Shown: positions 17,588 through 28,246, numbered from the stretch's first letter. The stretch is 64,000 nt of DNA from Calditrichales bacterium (GCA_965267575.1 OZ254086.1:2400001-2464000); one strand, 5' to 3'. Made by a program: numbers and translations. Notes: a model not told the origin generated them from the letters alone.

Positions 17588-18919
17588 TTACCCCGCACTC
17601 GATGTGGTGTCTTTGGAAACCCGGCGATTCTGTTCAAACACTTCTTCCAGCAAATCCTGGCGCTGTAGTTTTTGCAACTGCTCTACCCAGGGCCATTGCA
17701 CGGTGCGTACGCGTGCCTCTCCCTCGGCGCCGCCAAAAAGGTGCTGCCCCAGCGTAACGATCCAGTCGCCCGCATCCACCCCGCGAATGCCCACGCTCAT
17801 GCGGCCTTCGGCGATGACTTCGACTTCCACAAACTCAAAAGTCACCGGCGGCGTCAGCTCAATCGGCTCCTGCTCCCCCGGCGGCGGATTCAGGCTTGGC
17901 GGCACCGCGTTGATCGTGTCACGGGCGACGTATACACCGGTTACGCCCGTTGTGGGATTTTCAAAAAGGGCGCTTTGCGGTACCAGCGTGGCCTTCTCGC
18001 TCTCGCCGTAAAAAATATCCACGGTGACGAACATGCCCGGCTTCAGCAGGCCGTCGGGATTGGCCATATCAATTTCGGCAACGGTGCTGTGTGTTACGGG
18101 ATTGAGAAAAGGGGAGACGCGTGTAAGCGGCGCGCTGAGCTGCTCAAAGCCTTCATATTCGCCGGCGATTTCCGTGCGCTGGCCTTTTTCGATGTAGTTG
18201 AGCATACGGTCGGTTAAAATCACTTCCACTTGTACGTTTTCAAGCTGTCCCAGCGTAAACAGTCGTGTGCTTCCCTCCGCCAGCATGCCCACTTCGGCGT
18301 TGCGGTTGCCCACCGTGCCGGAGATCGGAGCACGCACTGTGGTTTGTTGCAGGGCCTGCTCGCGTTCATCAACGGTGGCCCTGGCCTGCGTGACACGTGC
18401 TTCGGCCAGTTCCAGTTCGGCCTCCGCGGAAACGGCCTGCGTCTGTGCCGCTTCCAGTTCCGCGGGGCTGGCCAGTTCCTGCCGTGCCAGAGATTCCGTG
18501 CGTTTCAGCGCAGCGCTGACTTCTTTTAGCCTGGCTTCGGCCTGTTTGGCCTGGGCCTGTGTGATCTGCAGGTTAGCGCGGGCCTGTTTCAGGCGTTCGG
18601 CAAATTCCGTATCGCGCAATTGTACCAATGGCTGACCCGCTTTCACCAGGTCGCCGTTGCGCACATACACGGCGGTCACCGGCGCGTTTATTTCGGGATA
18701 GATCTCGATCTGGTTTTTGGCTTTCACTTCACCGGTCAGGCGTTCTGTAAGCGGAAGCGAACCATACAGTGCCTGCACGGCTTCCACAGCCGGGATTAGC
18801 CGGTTTTCGCTTTTGCCCGCCGCGCTCTCAGATTCACCTGAACAGCCGGCCAAAATAAATATTGTCGCTGCCCACAACGCGGCAAAGCGCGTGTAATAAT
18901 TAGTAGTGTGCTTGTTCAT
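17588..18919 (-). CDS. RND periplasmic adaptor (MFP) lipoprotein
   Basis: LAG-C lipobox, lipoyl motifs, coiled hairpin, VRAPISG, LKPGMF. Confidence 0.93.
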   Translation of the reverse strand: MNKHTTNYYTRFAALWAATIFILAGCSGESESAAGKSENRLIPAVEAVQALYGSLPLTERLTGEVKAKNQIEIYPEINAPVTAVYVRNGDLVKAGQPLVQLRDTEFAERLKQARANLQITQAQAKQAEARLKEVSAALKRTESLARQELASPAELEAAQTQAVSAEAELELAEARVTQARATVDEREQALQQTTVRAPISGTVGNRNAEVGMLAEGSTRLFTLGQLENVQVEVILTDRMLNYIEKGQRTEIAGEYEGFEQLSAPLTRVSPFLNPVTHSTVAEIDMANPDGLLKPGMFVTVDIFYGESEKATLVPQSALFENPTTGVTGVYVARDTINAVPPSLNPPPGEQEPIELTPPVTFEFVEVEVIAEGRMSVGIRGVDAGDWIVTLGQHLFGGAEGEARVRTVQWPWVEQLQKLQRQDLLEEVFEQNRRVSKDTTSSAG

Positions 18920-19184
18920 GTTACCTCAAATAAAAATCGCTAAGAAGTGGCTATCCCCTGAAGAGTGATAAGCGCATCAAAATTAATAAATCTTTATAAA
19001 TTTTAATATTTAAAATAAAAAAGCTTTTTAACCTTTTGGCAATGTTATTCAGGATAGACCGGGGACTTTCATGTTACGTGTTAAAATTTCTTTTTATTAA
19101 AACTAAAATAACAATTAGATTCCTTCTTATTCCTGCCGCGCAGATGCTCCGGCTCAAACAATGAATAACGACGGGGAAAATTTT

Positions 19185-20003
19185 ATGATTGTAGAATTTC
19201 TCGAGCAGTTTAGTCCTGTCGCTCAGGCGTTTATTGCCACGCTTTTTACCTGGGGTGTTACGGCAGCAGGGGCTGCGCTGGTCTTTATTACGCGCGCCTT
19301 AAACCAGAAAGTAATGGATTCTATGATGGGCTTTGCCGCCGGTGTTATGATTGCCGCAAGCTTCTGGTCGCTTTTAGCGCCGGGCATTGAAATGGCCGAA
19401 AACGTGGGCCACATCCCCTGGCTGGTGGCGGTGATTGGTTTTATGGGCGGCGGGATATTTATGCGCTTTACCGACAGCCTTTTGCCGCACCTGCACCCCG
19501 GCCTGAGTTATGACAAAAAAGAAGGCGTGAAAACTTCCTGGCAACGCAGCACGTTATTGGTGCTGGCGATAACACTTCACAATATCCCGGAAGGCCTGGC
19601 CGTGGGCATTGCCTTTGGTGCTGTCGCTGCCGGTCTTCCGTCAGCCACTATCGGTGCGGCCCTGGCACTGGCCGTTGGCATCGGGATCCAAAACTTCCCG
19701 GAGGGTACCGCCGTTTCCATGCCGCTGCGCCGCGAAGGGATGAGCAAAGGAAAGAGCTTTTTTCTGGGCCAGGCATCGGGCATGGTGGAGCCGATTGCCG
19801 GTGTACTCGGCGCGCTGTTCGTGCTGAAAATGCGCAGTATTGTGCCCTACGCGTTGTGCTTTGCCGCCGGCGCGATGATCTTTGTGGTGGTTGAGGAACT
19901 CATTCCCGAATCGCAAAGAAAGCAGGCCAATATAGACCTGGTAACGATGATGACCATGGCCGGTTTTACGGTGATGATGCTGCTGGACGTGGCCCTGGGT
20001 TAG
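19185..20003 (+). CDS. ZIP-family metal transporter (ZupT/GufA-like)
   Basis: [22 protein letters not shown] loop. Confidence 0.93.
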   Translation: MIVEFLEQFSPVAQAFIATLFTWGVTAAGAALVFITRALNQKVMDSMMGFAAGVMIAASFWSLLAPGIEMAENVGHIPWLVAVIGFMGGGIFMRFTDSLLPHLHPGLSYDKKEGVKTSWQRSTLLVLAITLHNIPEGLAVGIAFGAVAAGLPSATIGAALALAVGIGIQNFPEGTAVSMPLRREGMSKGKSFFLGQASGMVEPIAGVLGALFVLKMRSIVPYALCFAAGAMIFVVVEELIPESQRKQANIDLVTMMTMAGFTVMMLLDVALG

Positions 20004-20641
20004 TTTAAAAGGCTGTTCAGGATGGCGGCAACGGATTGGCGGTAAGCGGATTCTAAATCGATCTGCAAGTGTTGGTATTCCGGGTAAGCCAGCACTTCCT
20101 GCTGCAGCTCGGTCAGGTCGGTCATCTGGTACAGGCCAATCGCCGAAGCAAACTGCAGTTGCAAAAATTGTGTTGCCTTTTCAGGGCTCAGTTTAGGGAA
20201 GAGCCGCACAAGCAGCTCGCCAACAGTCGTAAATTCTTCTTTTATCTGCTCTTTAAAATCCACCAGGTGCTGAAGAGAAATGTGTTTTTCCAATTCCGTA
20301 TAGAGGATTGCAATCAGTTCCAGCATGCGTTTGTGTTTTAGCTGTAAAGCTACCCATTTGCCGCTGAATTCTTCAACGCTCAGCGATGTTTCCGCGGTGA
20401 AGCTTTGTAAAAGTTCGTCCCGCCAGGCGTTTACATCGTGACGCAAAAAGGCGAGGAAGATCTCTTCTTTGGAGTTGAAGTATTTGTAAAGATTGGACCG
20501 TGTAAACTGTGCTTCTTTTGCAATGGCCGCGAAAGTGATCGCTTCAAAAGGGCTATTTTTGAAAAGCCTCTCCGTGGCTTTGATGATTTCATCCACGCGT
20601 GCTTCTTTTTGTTCTTCGCTGCGGGCGCGTTGCCAGGTCAT
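20000..20641 (-). CDS. TetR/AcrR-family regulator
   Basis: [42 protein letters not shown]. Confidence 0.92.
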   Translation of the reverse strand: MTWQRARSEEQKEARVDEIIKATERLFKNSPFEAITFAAIAKEAQFTRSNLYKYFNSKEEIFLAFLRHDVNAWRDELLQSFTAETSLSVEEFSGKWVALQLKHKRMLELIAILYTELEKHISLQHLVDFKEQIKEEFTTVGELLVRLFPKLSPEKATQFLQLQFASAIGLYQMTDLTELQQEVLAYPEYQHLQIDLESAYRQSVAAILNSLLN

Positions 20642-20723
20642 ACTTCTTCTTGTTTGGTTAATATGAAAGCCGTCGCGGCAAAAATAAGCGCTGCGACGGC
20701 CGGATGCCATTTCTTCTATGTGT

Positions 20724-21800
20724 CTAGGCTGCTTTTTTGCTTTTGTCAAAGACGCCGCTGTCAATCATCTGCAGGAAAAAGTCGTGGATAGATTCATCAA
20801 ACGGGCGATATTTTATGCCCAGTTCTTTTTTGCTTTTGGAGTTATCCACCTTCCATGGGTAGTTCATATTGCGGCTTATCATCTTGCGCGAAAGGGCTTC
20901 GTTTACCAGCGGACCCACCAGCCATAAAATGGGCTTAGGGATTTCCATTTTGGGGAAAGGATACTTGTCGCCGAACTGGCGCCGCAATGAATCGGCCATT
21001 TGCAGGAAGGTTTTACGCTCATTGGAGATGATGTGGCGACCCTTTGCCTGCGGCGTAAAACCGGCCTTGTAATGCGCTTCGGCAACCTCACGAACATCCA
21101 CCGTGCCCAGCTCCAACCCCGGTACACCGGTTTTCAACGTGCCGTCGCCCATCTGTTTTATAATGTTAAAACTCTCCGACGTGTTGCGCGGGCCGATACC
21201 CGGACCCAGTACAAAAGTGGGATTGATGGTCACCAGGTCCCAGCGATCCTGGGCGTCGGCGATTTTCCAGGCCTCTTTCTCTGCCAGGGTTTTAGAGTAG
21301 CTGTAAGGCTGGTGCTCCAGCGATGAGCTTGTATTCCAATTCTCCTCCGTGGCGGTGCCTTTGGGCAGTTGCAGCAGATCTTTTGTATCGCCCACGATGG
21401 CGGCGCAGCTGGATGTAAGAACCACGCGCTTTACCGTGGAAACTTTGTTGGCAGTTTCCAGCACATTGCGCGTGCCCAGCAGGGCCGGTTCAATCAGTTC
21501 CTTCTGCGGGTCGTCCACGGCGCTGGTAAACGGCGAGGCAGTGTGGAAGACCAGTTCGCAGCCCCGCATGGCCTCTTCGTAGGAGCCTTTATCCAGTAAA
21601 TCGCTTTTGAAATATGTGATTCTGCCCGGCAGCTTTTCAGCCAGCCGGTTGAGATCTTTCAGCTTGTCGGCGTTGTTGGGATCACGCACGGCGGCATGCA
21701 CGGTCAAGCCTTCGCTGAGCAGTTTTTCAACCAGTCGCCCGGCCACATAGCCGGTGGCGCCGCTCACCATCACGGGTTTGGTTTTATCGATATGTTTCAT
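20724..21800 (-). CDS. NAD(P)-dependent epimerase/dehydratase family, aldehyde/dihydroflavonol-reductase-like SDR
   Basis: SGATGYVA, HTASPF, TSS, YSYSK (YxxxK). Confidence 0.92.
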   Translation of the reverse strand: MKHIDKTKPVMVSGATGYVAGRLVEKLLSEGLTVHAAVRDPNNADKLKDLNRLAEKLPGRITYFKSDLLDKGSYEEAMRGCELVFHTASPFTSAVDDPQKELIEPALLGTRNVLETANKVSTVKRVVLTSSCAAIVGDTKDLLQLPKGTATEENWNTSSSLEHQPYSYSKTLAEKEAWKIADAQDRWDLVTINPTFVLGPGIGPRNTSESFNIIKQMGDGTLKTGVPGLELGTVDVREVAEAHYKAGFTPQAKGRHIISNERKTFLQMADSLRRQFGDKYPFPKMEIPKPILWLVGPLVNEALSRKMISRNMNYPWKVDNSKSKKELGIKYRPFDESIHDFFLQMIDSGVFDKSKKAA

Positions 21801-21837
21801 CTTTTCTCCTGTGTTGTGTTTTCATTTTTGTTCTAAG

Positions 21838-21881
21838 TGACGCAGTGTCTCTAATATAAAAGACGCAACGTCTCTTGTCAA
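21838..21881 (-). promoter_or_regulatory. Sigma-70-type promoter with two overlapping TetR-type operators
   Basis: Minus strand TTGACA-17-TATATT; palindrome AGACG-N3-CGTCT (21861-73) in the spacer and a second copy TGACGCAGTGTCT (21838-50). Confidence 0.75.
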
Positions 21882-22189
21882 AAAATATTACTGATGGTAA
21901 TTTGATTATGATTTTTTTGTTTGTTGAAGTGTGCCTACGCACAGCGGTTTCGGGCTTCAGTTTTGTTTAAATTTTTAGATCGTACGACATTACAAAGGCG
22001 ATCTCGGGGTAGATAGTTAAATTTCTCCGGACTGTTAGGGAAAAACCACCTATGACTGTGTTGTTCATTGCCGGAGATTTTAAATGGCTTGGTGTCCATA
22101 AGGAAAAAAATTGAAAATAGTGCAGAACTTATGTTGTAGCGTGGCGTTCTGCATTCGATTTAAAAACATACCTACGGAGTAAACTTTCG

Positions 22190-24655
22190 ATGATTCACAT
22201 AGATTTGTCGCGCAAAGCGACGTTCTACGCGTGCGTCTTATTGGCCAGCGCGTGGCCTTTGTTTGCACAATCTGCATACGATTCCTGGTTCTCTTCATCG
22301 AAGGAGCGGCAATGGGATTTGCAGATGCAGATTATTCACCGCCGTTATCCGGGCATGGGCTCATCAGGTGGTTCAGGCTGGAGCGAGTCAACCCCAATCA
22401 CAGGATTGAAGAGTCCGTCCTTTTCGCTGCGTGAATTGCTGGGGTTACCCAAGGCAAAAAGCGATTTCCAGAAAGCGATCGAAAAATACAATCGCGGCGA
22501 AGTGGGTGAAGCGTTGGTTTTGCTGGAACGCGCCGCATTAGACAAACCGCTTTACTCCCTGGAGCGTGGCAAAGCAGCGCTGGCCCTGGGAAGAATCCAC
22601 GATTCAATCGATGTTTCGCTGGGGAGTACGCTGACTGGCAGCAGCCGTGAAAAAGCATACACATGGTATCTTGCGGCGATCGAAAACAAGGAAACGGAGG
22701 CCTATTGGCCGCTCGCTGTTCATTGCGATCGAATCGGTAAATACCAGGAAGCTTTACAATATTATGAAAAGGCTATCGCTTTGCGCGGTGTAAGCGATTA
22801 CAATAAAGCATATGCCAGGCGCCGTTCCGGGGAGATCATATTTGCCGGCAAAGGGGTGCAGCGTGATGAGCTACGTGCGCGTTCTTTGTGGCGCGAAGCT
22901 TCAACGCTTGGTGACCAGAAGGCGCAGGAATACATAACAAACCTGGAAAAAGGCGATCCCCTCCTGAACCTGAGATATGATTTTGCCTGTGCCGTTTCCG
23001 AAGACGGATTGGCCGCCGTTTGGCAAGATAATAAATGGGGCTATGCGGATAGTCGCGGAAATGAGGTAATCGCCCCACGTTTTGCCTATGCCGGCAATTT
23101 TGTCTCGGGGCGTGCTATAGTAAATGAAGGCGGCAGGCATGAACCTTACATGCCGGTAAAGGGCGGGCGCTGGAAGGTGATCGATAAGCAGGGTAATACG
23201 ATTCGTGAGTTGCCTTACGACTGGATGATGGGTTTTAGCGAAGGCCTGGCGGAAGTCAACATTGGTGGGGCAATAAACTCTTACGGGGCAGTTAAGGGCG
23301 GCAAGAACGGCTATATAAACCAGGCCGGAGATGAGGTAATCCCATTGGAGTACGAATATGCATTTCCCTTTAAAAACGGTATGGCCCATGTTTCCGGGTC
23401 TTCGAAAAGTTATGTCATTGACAAAACGGGAACGATCCTTTACGAGCTTGAGAGCGCTGCAGGCCATCCGCTTTACAAGATTATAAAAAACGGCAAATAT
23501 GGATTGTTGAACGTCGATACCGATGAGATTCTGATTGAACCGCTTTACGAAGACATGGGGCTTGTACGTGATGGCCGTGTATCCGTTAATGTCGGCGGCA
23601 CCCGCGACGACCGGGGCTACATACGCGGCGGCAAATGGGGGATCGTAGATGTGCAGGGAAAGATTATCACTGAGCCGTCTTTTGATTTCATTAAGCCCGT
23701 CGATAACGGCGCCGGCTATGAGGGTTACAACTCGGACCGTTCCGCTTACAAAGATAACCGCTGGCAGGGAAAGTTCTATAATGGTTATGCACTCATCAAT
23801 GTGGGTGGATATCCGCCGGCGTGCGATATCTGCAAACCCGGCGGTGGCAGATGGGGTATGGTGGACGAAAAGGGTAATGAAATCATTCCGGCCCGCTACG
23901 ATTATTTGGATTTTTTGTTCAGAGACGGACTGCTTGTTTTTAACGTGGGCGGTAAATCGTTCCAGGGTAACGTAGCTAAAGGGGGCAAGTGGGGCCTCGT
24001 AAATAAATTGGGTATAGAAGTGGTGCCCGCCCGCTATGACTATATTGACCCGATACCACAAAACGGGTTGTTCCGGGTGCGCCTTGGCGGCACCATATAT
24101 CGCGACCAATACACGGGCGGCGGAAAATGGGGCTTTGTAAACACTAAAGGGGAAGAAGCTATTTTGCCGGCATTCGAATATGCCTATCACTTTTCGCAGG
24201 GCATAGCACGTGTAAATCGCGGTGGCAGGATTGAGGGCAACAAGCCGGCGGGTATGGAACTAATTGAGGGCGGTGAGTGGGCCTATATTGATAGCACCGG
24301 AAAAATTATTCTTGACTTCAGGCCCTTTGATTTTGCGGGAGATTTTTACGATGGTCTGGCACCCGCGGCAGTAAACGGCAAGTACGGTTATATTGATAAA
24401 AGCGGCGCATTCGTGATCAAACCAAGGTATGCCGCTGCCGGGCGTTTTAGTTTACATAACGAAAATCATCCGCAGTTGGCCCCGGTGAAAGCGCCTGGTG
24501 AGAACGGCAAATGGGGGTATATCAATCGTCAGGGTAAGCTGGTGATAGATTTCCTGTTTGATGATGAGGGCACGGGTTTTTACTCAGGAATGTGCGGTGT
24601 AAGTCTTAACGGTAAGTACGTAACCATTGATAGCAACGGCCGCGTTCTGAAGTAA
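22190..24655 (+). CDS. Secreted Sel1/TPR + WG-repeat protein
   Basis: Signal peptide; Sel1-like GKGVQRDELRA; many GGKWG-x-IDxxGxxxI WG repeats. Confidence 0.88.
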   Translation: MIHIDLSRKATFYACVLLASAWPLFAQSAYDSWFSSSKERQWDLQMQIIHRRYPGMGSSGGSGWSESTPITGLKSPSFSLRELLGLPKAKSDFQKAIEKYNRGEVGEALVLLERAALDKPLYSLERGKAALALGRIHDSIDVSLGSTLTGSSREKAYTWYLAAIENKETEAYWPLAVHCDRIGKYQEALQYYEKAIALRGVSDYNKAYARRRSGEIIFAGKGVQRDELRARSLWREASTLGDQKAQEYITNLEKGDPLLNLRYDFACAVSEDGLAAVWQDNKWGYADSRGNEVIAPRFAYAGNFVSGRAIVNEGGRHEPYMPVKGGRWKVIDKQGNTIRELPYDWMMGFSEGLAEVNIGGAINSYGAVKGGKNGYINQAGDEVIPLEYEYAFPFKNGMAHVSGSSKSYVIDKTGTILYELESAAGHPLYKIIKNGKYGLLNVDTDEILIEPLYEDMGLVRDGRVSVNVGGTRDDRGYIRGGKWGIVDVQGKIITEPSFDFIKPVDNGAGYEGYNSDRSAYKDNRWQGKFYNGYALINVGGYPPACDICKPGGGRWGMVDEKGNEIIPARYDYLDFLFRDGLLVFNVGGKSFQGNVAKGGKWGLVNKLGIEVVPARYDYIDPIPQNGLFRVRLGGTIYRDQYTGGGKWGFVNTKGEEAILPAFEYAYHFSQGIARVNRGGRIEGNKPAGMELIEGGEWAYIDSTGKIILDFRPFDFAGDFYDGLAPAAVNGKYGYIDKSGAFVIKPRYAAAGRFSLHNENHPQLAPVKAPGENGKWGYINRQGKLVIDFLFDDEGTGFYSGMCGVSLNGKYVTIDSNGRVLK

Positions 24656-24663
24656 CAGAATTT

Positions 24664-24700
24664 AAAAGGCGGGGCAGTGACGTTTTGTCCCGCCTTTTTT
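24664..24700 (+). terminator. Intrinsic terminator
   Basis: AAAAGGCGGGGCA / TGTCCCGCCTTTT stem followed by a T run. Confidence 0.8.
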
Positions 24701-24801
24701 CTTTTTTGAAGTAAGCCTGCAGATAAACGTATTTATTCTTGCCCATCGGGTGAAATTATTTCTTACATTAAGATAGACATTTATTTGAGGGAGGTGCGAC
24801 C

Positions 24802-25326
24802 ATGCCTGACATGCTGCTGCGCGATGCCTTAAGCCATATGCACTGGGCCGACGCAAAAATGTATGGGCGTCTGCTTAAAATGCCCACGCTTCAAACGGAC
24901 GATGCGCTGATTCAACTACTGCAGCACATGCACACCGTGCAATACGCCTTCTATTATCTTTGGACAGATGAGCCGCTGCAATTTCCCGAGAAGGGCGATT
25001 TTAAAGACCTGCCGGCGCTGGCCGAATGGGCTTCGCTTTATCATCCACTGGCAAATGATTTCCTGGCGGCAATGAAGGAAGAGGACTATCAGCGCCGCAT
25101 CCACGTGCCCTGGTCCGATTATGTTGAAAAGCAAAAAGGCCGCAAAGCGCAGGACGCGACATTGCCGGAAACCATCTGGCAGGTCGCAGCCCATACGACG
25201 CATCACCGGGCACAGGTGAACACGCTTATCCGCGCTGCTGGCGGCAGGCCGCCGCTGGTGGATTTTATCGCCTGGGTATGGGAAGGCAAGCCCGAAGCAA
25301 TCTGGCCGGATTTATCAAAGGACTGA
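24802..25326 (+). CDS. DinB-family protein
   Basis: HMHWAD, QHMH, HTTHHRAQV metal-binding His; SD GGGAGG. Confidence 0.88.
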   Translation: MPDMLLRDALSHMHWADAKMYGRLLKMPTLQTDDALIQLLQHMHTVQYAFYYLWTDEPLQFPEKGDFKDLPALAEWASLYHPLANDFLAAMKEEDYQRRIHVPWSDYVEKQKGRKAQDATLPETIWQVAAHTTHHRAQVNTLIRAAGGRPPLVDFIAWVWEGKPEAIWPDLSKD

Positions 25327-25331
25327 AGCCT

Positions 25332-26363
25332 ATGCTGATCACCAAGATCACCCGCAACCTGGCCAACGCGGCCATGAAAAAACCCTGCTTCCTGTTTGCC
25401 GAAATATTACTGACCTACAACTGTTCGCAGCGCTGCCTGCAGTGTAATATCCCCTTGCGGGAGGTGGAAAAGCGCCACATCGATGTGGGTGATTTCAGGG
25501 TTATCGTGAATCGCCTTTCTGCTTATGGCACGCAGGGGCTGGTGTTATCCGGTGGAGAGCCTACCATGCACCCGCGGTTTGAGACGATCATGGAAGATGC
25601 CGCGCGACAGGGGTTTATGTACAAGCTACTGCTTTCCAATCTCTATTTCTCGCAGCGACGCATGCGCGAGCTGACGGAGCTTTTGCTGCGCCACAAATTC
25701 AATCTCACCTGCTCCTTTGACGGGCTGGGCGAAACCGCCGATATCATCCGCGGCGGCAAAAACGTCTCCGATATTGTTATGGCCAACATGGAGTATCTTG
25801 ACGCGGAGAACAGGCGCGCCGGCCGACCTATCAAAACCCTGGCCAATATCGTCATCAGCAAACTGAACCTGCCGCAAATCCCGCAAATGATTACGCGCCT
25901 CGAAAAGCTGGGCTGGAATATCAGCGTGGACCTCTACCGCAATTCATCGATCAACCACAACCAGGTGGACGATATGATGATTAGCGACTGGGCGGATTTG
26001 GAAGAAGTAATGGCGCGGGTGAAAGAATCACCCAACGTTGTGACGCCGGGCTGGCTGCTGGATGGTTATAAACACTATTTCAACGGCGGCTTTGAAAAGC
26101 AGTGTCCCTACATCAGCAACCTCAGCCTGGGCAGCAAGTTTTTCGTCTATCCCGACGGAGATGTGCGCGTCTGCATGGGCGAGCCCATCGGCAACCTGCT
26201 GCAACAAATGCCGGGTGAGATTTTTACGTCGGACATCTGGCAGCAACGCCAACAGGATTTCCAGGAATGCCCCGGCTGCTGGAATACCTGCTACACCCCG
26301 GCCGCAAAGATCTCCAGCTATTTTAAGCCGAGTGAGATTGGCAAAGTGTTTAAGATGGTTTAA
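25332..26363 (+). CDS. Radical SAM protein with SPASM/twitch domain
   Basis: CSQRCLQC, SGGEP, C-terminal C...PDGDVRVC...CPGCWNTC. Confidence 0.88.
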   Translation: MLITKITRNLANAAMKKPCFLFAEILLTYNCSQRCLQCNIPLREVEKRHIDVGDFRVIVNRLSAYGTQGLVLSGGEPTMHPRFETIMEDAARQGFMYKLLLSNLYFSQRRMRELTELLLRHKFNLTCSFDGLGETADIIRGGKNVSDIVMANMEYLDAENRRAGRPIKTLANIVISKLNLPQIPQMITRLEKLGWNISVDLYRNSSINHNQVDDMMISDWADLEEVMARVKESPNVVTPGWLLDGYKHYFNGGFEKQCPYISNLSLGSKFFVYPDGDVRVCMGEPIGNLLQQMPGEIFTSDIWQQRQQDFQECPGCWNTCYTPAAKISSYFKPSEIGKVFKMV

Positions 26364-26382
26364 CCGCTAAGGTTTGGCAATA

Positions 26383-26553
26383 TTGGGCTGAAGCCCAATA
26401 ATAATTTGTTGGCGGGCAATCCACGCGCTAAAGCACGTGGCAATATTTTGGTTTAAGCCCTTTGGCCGGGCAGTTTTATATGCAGTGGCTCAAGCATTGC
26501 CACGACCTTCAGGTCGTGGACCAAGTGCTTTTAAAAACAAGGGCTTCAGCCAA
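26383..26553. repeat. REPIN-like element, family 2, copy A
   Basis: TTGGGCTGAAGCCC..CCACGCGCTAAAGCACGTGGCAAT..ATTGCCACGACCTTCAGGTCGTGG..GGGCTTCAGCC; the two halves are inverted. Confidence 0.85.
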
Positions 26554-26707
26554 ATTAGCCCACGGTCCATTCAATAACAGTCTTGCCCTGACAGCCTTCC
26601 AGACTCTTGAACACCTAAAAAACATTCCCCCTAATCCTGCGTAGCTTTCTCTGGTTGCCTGTTTTGCCGCGCCGCCCAACGCTTTATCCAAAACTTTCGG
26701 AGGAACC

Positions 26708-28063
26708 ATGCACAGATTAAACCTTTCGATTATTCTTAGTATCACTATCCTTTTTGTAGCAGGGCTGTTATCGGCGCAGCCGTTGATGCAATACGGCGAT
26801 CCACAGCAGGCCGGCTTTGATGCGCAAAGACTGGAGCAGGTCAAAACCACCTTTGAGCAAAGTGACGCGGCGGCTTTGCTGCTTTTGTATCGTGGACACG
26901 TTGTGCTGTCCCTGGGAGAGACCACCCGTAAATTCCGTTGTGCCTCCATGCGCAAAAGCCTGATGAACGTGATGATCGGTCACACGGTAGATGCCGGGCA
27001 GATTGATATTTCGGCTACGTTGGCCCGGCTGGGCATTGATGATGAACCGGCCCTCAGCGAAGCAGAAAAAGAGGCCACGGTGGAGCAGTTGCTGCAGGCC
27101 CGTTCCGGTATCTACCACCTTGCCGCATATATGCCGCGCGGTATGGAAAAACAGATGCCACGGCGGGGCAGCCACGCCCCGGGCACATTCTGGTTTTACA
27201 ACAACTGGGATTTCAACACACTGGTTTCGATTTACAACCGTCAAACAGGCAGCGATTTTTTTGAAGATTTTTATGCCCACGTCGCCAAACCGCTGGGCAT
27301 GGAGGATTTTGAATTGGGTGATACCTTTTACCGCTACGAGGAGGATAAGTCGCAACACCCGGCTTACCTGATGCGCATGAGCGCCCGCGACCTGGCGCGT
27401 TTCGGACAGTTGTGTCTTAACGGCGGCACATGGCAGGGCAGGCAAATCGTTTCAAGCGCCTGGCTGGAGAAAAGCACACTGGCGCACAGCACAAATCTCA
27501 GGGCACATGATCACAAGGGCAATTACGGTTACCTGTGGTGGGTGGCCGATAGCATTTTCGGGCAAAAGACCTTTTATGCCAGCGGGGCCGGCGGCCAGCG
27601 CGTTTTTGTGCTCCCGGAAGAGGAAATGGTTGTGGTGCACCTGGTGGATACCTATGACAATAACGATGTGAATGATCAGCAGGCGTTTAGCCTCTTGCAG
27701 ATGATCATCAATGCCAAAACCGCAAGGGCGCAGGCAGACGCCAGGCTGCTTACGTACCAAGCGCCACAATCAGATTTGCCGGCCTTTGCTGATATTGAGC
27801 CGGCAGTACTGGCAAAATATCTTGGCAGCTATAAACACAAGTTTTTAGGAGAAATGACCATAAGCAGGGAAAAGGGACAGCTTTCTCTTGAAACCGGTAT
27901 CGGCCACTTCAGGATACACCCCCTCAGTGAAACGTCCTTTTACGCGGAAGATATGGAATACCCACTGGAATTTGTCCCGGCTGCTGAAGAATCACAAAAG
28001 GGGGTCATAAAGTCTGTTTACAATGAAAACCGCAAGATTGACAAGATTATATTTTACTATTAG
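26708..28063 (+). CDS. Secreted serine hydrolase (beta-lactamase/AmpC-like family)
   Basis: Signal peptide, SMRK (SxxK), YNN, MSARDLARFG, YGYLWW. Confidence 0.9.
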   Translation: MHRLNLSIILSITILFVAGLLSAQPLMQYGDPQQAGFDAQRLEQVKTTFEQSDAAALLLLYRGHVVLSLGETTRKFRCASMRKSLMNVMIGHTVDAGQIDISATLARLGIDDEPALSEAEKEATVEQLLQARSGIYHLAAYMPRGMEKQMPRRGSHAPGTFWFYNNWDFNTLVSIYNRQTGSDFFEDFYAHVAKPLGMEDFELGDTFYRYEEDKSQHPAYLMRMSARDLARFGQLCLNGGTWQGRQIVSSAWLEKSTLAHSTNLRAHDHKGNYGYLWWVADSIFGQKTFYASGAGGQRVFVLPEEEMVVVHLVDTYDNNDVNDQQAFSLLQMIINAKTARAQADARLLTYQAPQSDLPAFADIEPAVLAKYLGSYKHKFLGEMTISREKGQLSLETGIGHFRIHPLSETSFYAEDMEYPLEFVPAAEESQKGVIKSVYNENRKIDKIIFYY

Positions 28064-28075
28064 AGGGATTTTGTG

Positions 28076-28246
28076 TTGGGCTGAAGCCCATCGCTAAATG
28101 GGTTGGCGGATAACCACGCGCTAAAGCACGTGGCTATATTTTTGCTTTAGCCCGTTGGCCGGGAAGTTTTATTTTCGGTAGTCAAAATTATTGCCTCGAC
28201 CTTCAGGTCGTTGGTGGACATAAAGCAAACGCCTGAGGGCTTCAGC
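28076..28246. repeat. REPIN-like element, family 2, copy B
   Basis: Same four hairpin motifs as copy A; its last hairpin contains the transposase stop codon. Confidence 0.85.

Noticed and set aside
18920..19184. Riboswitch or uORF between the RND and ZIP genes
   Set aside because: Only AT-rich promoter-like DNA and very short ORFs with no telling codons; no recognisable aptamer.
22901..24190. 429-aa minus-strand ORF
   Set aside because: Shadow of the WG-repeat gene. The same applies to the long shadows inside the RND, aminomutase, giant protein and pyrG genes.
26708..28063. Calling the serine hydrolase an antibiotic-resistance beta-lactamase
   Set aside because: The SxxK/YxN fold is shared with esterases and amidases, and the class C KTG motif is not present (ASG instead).
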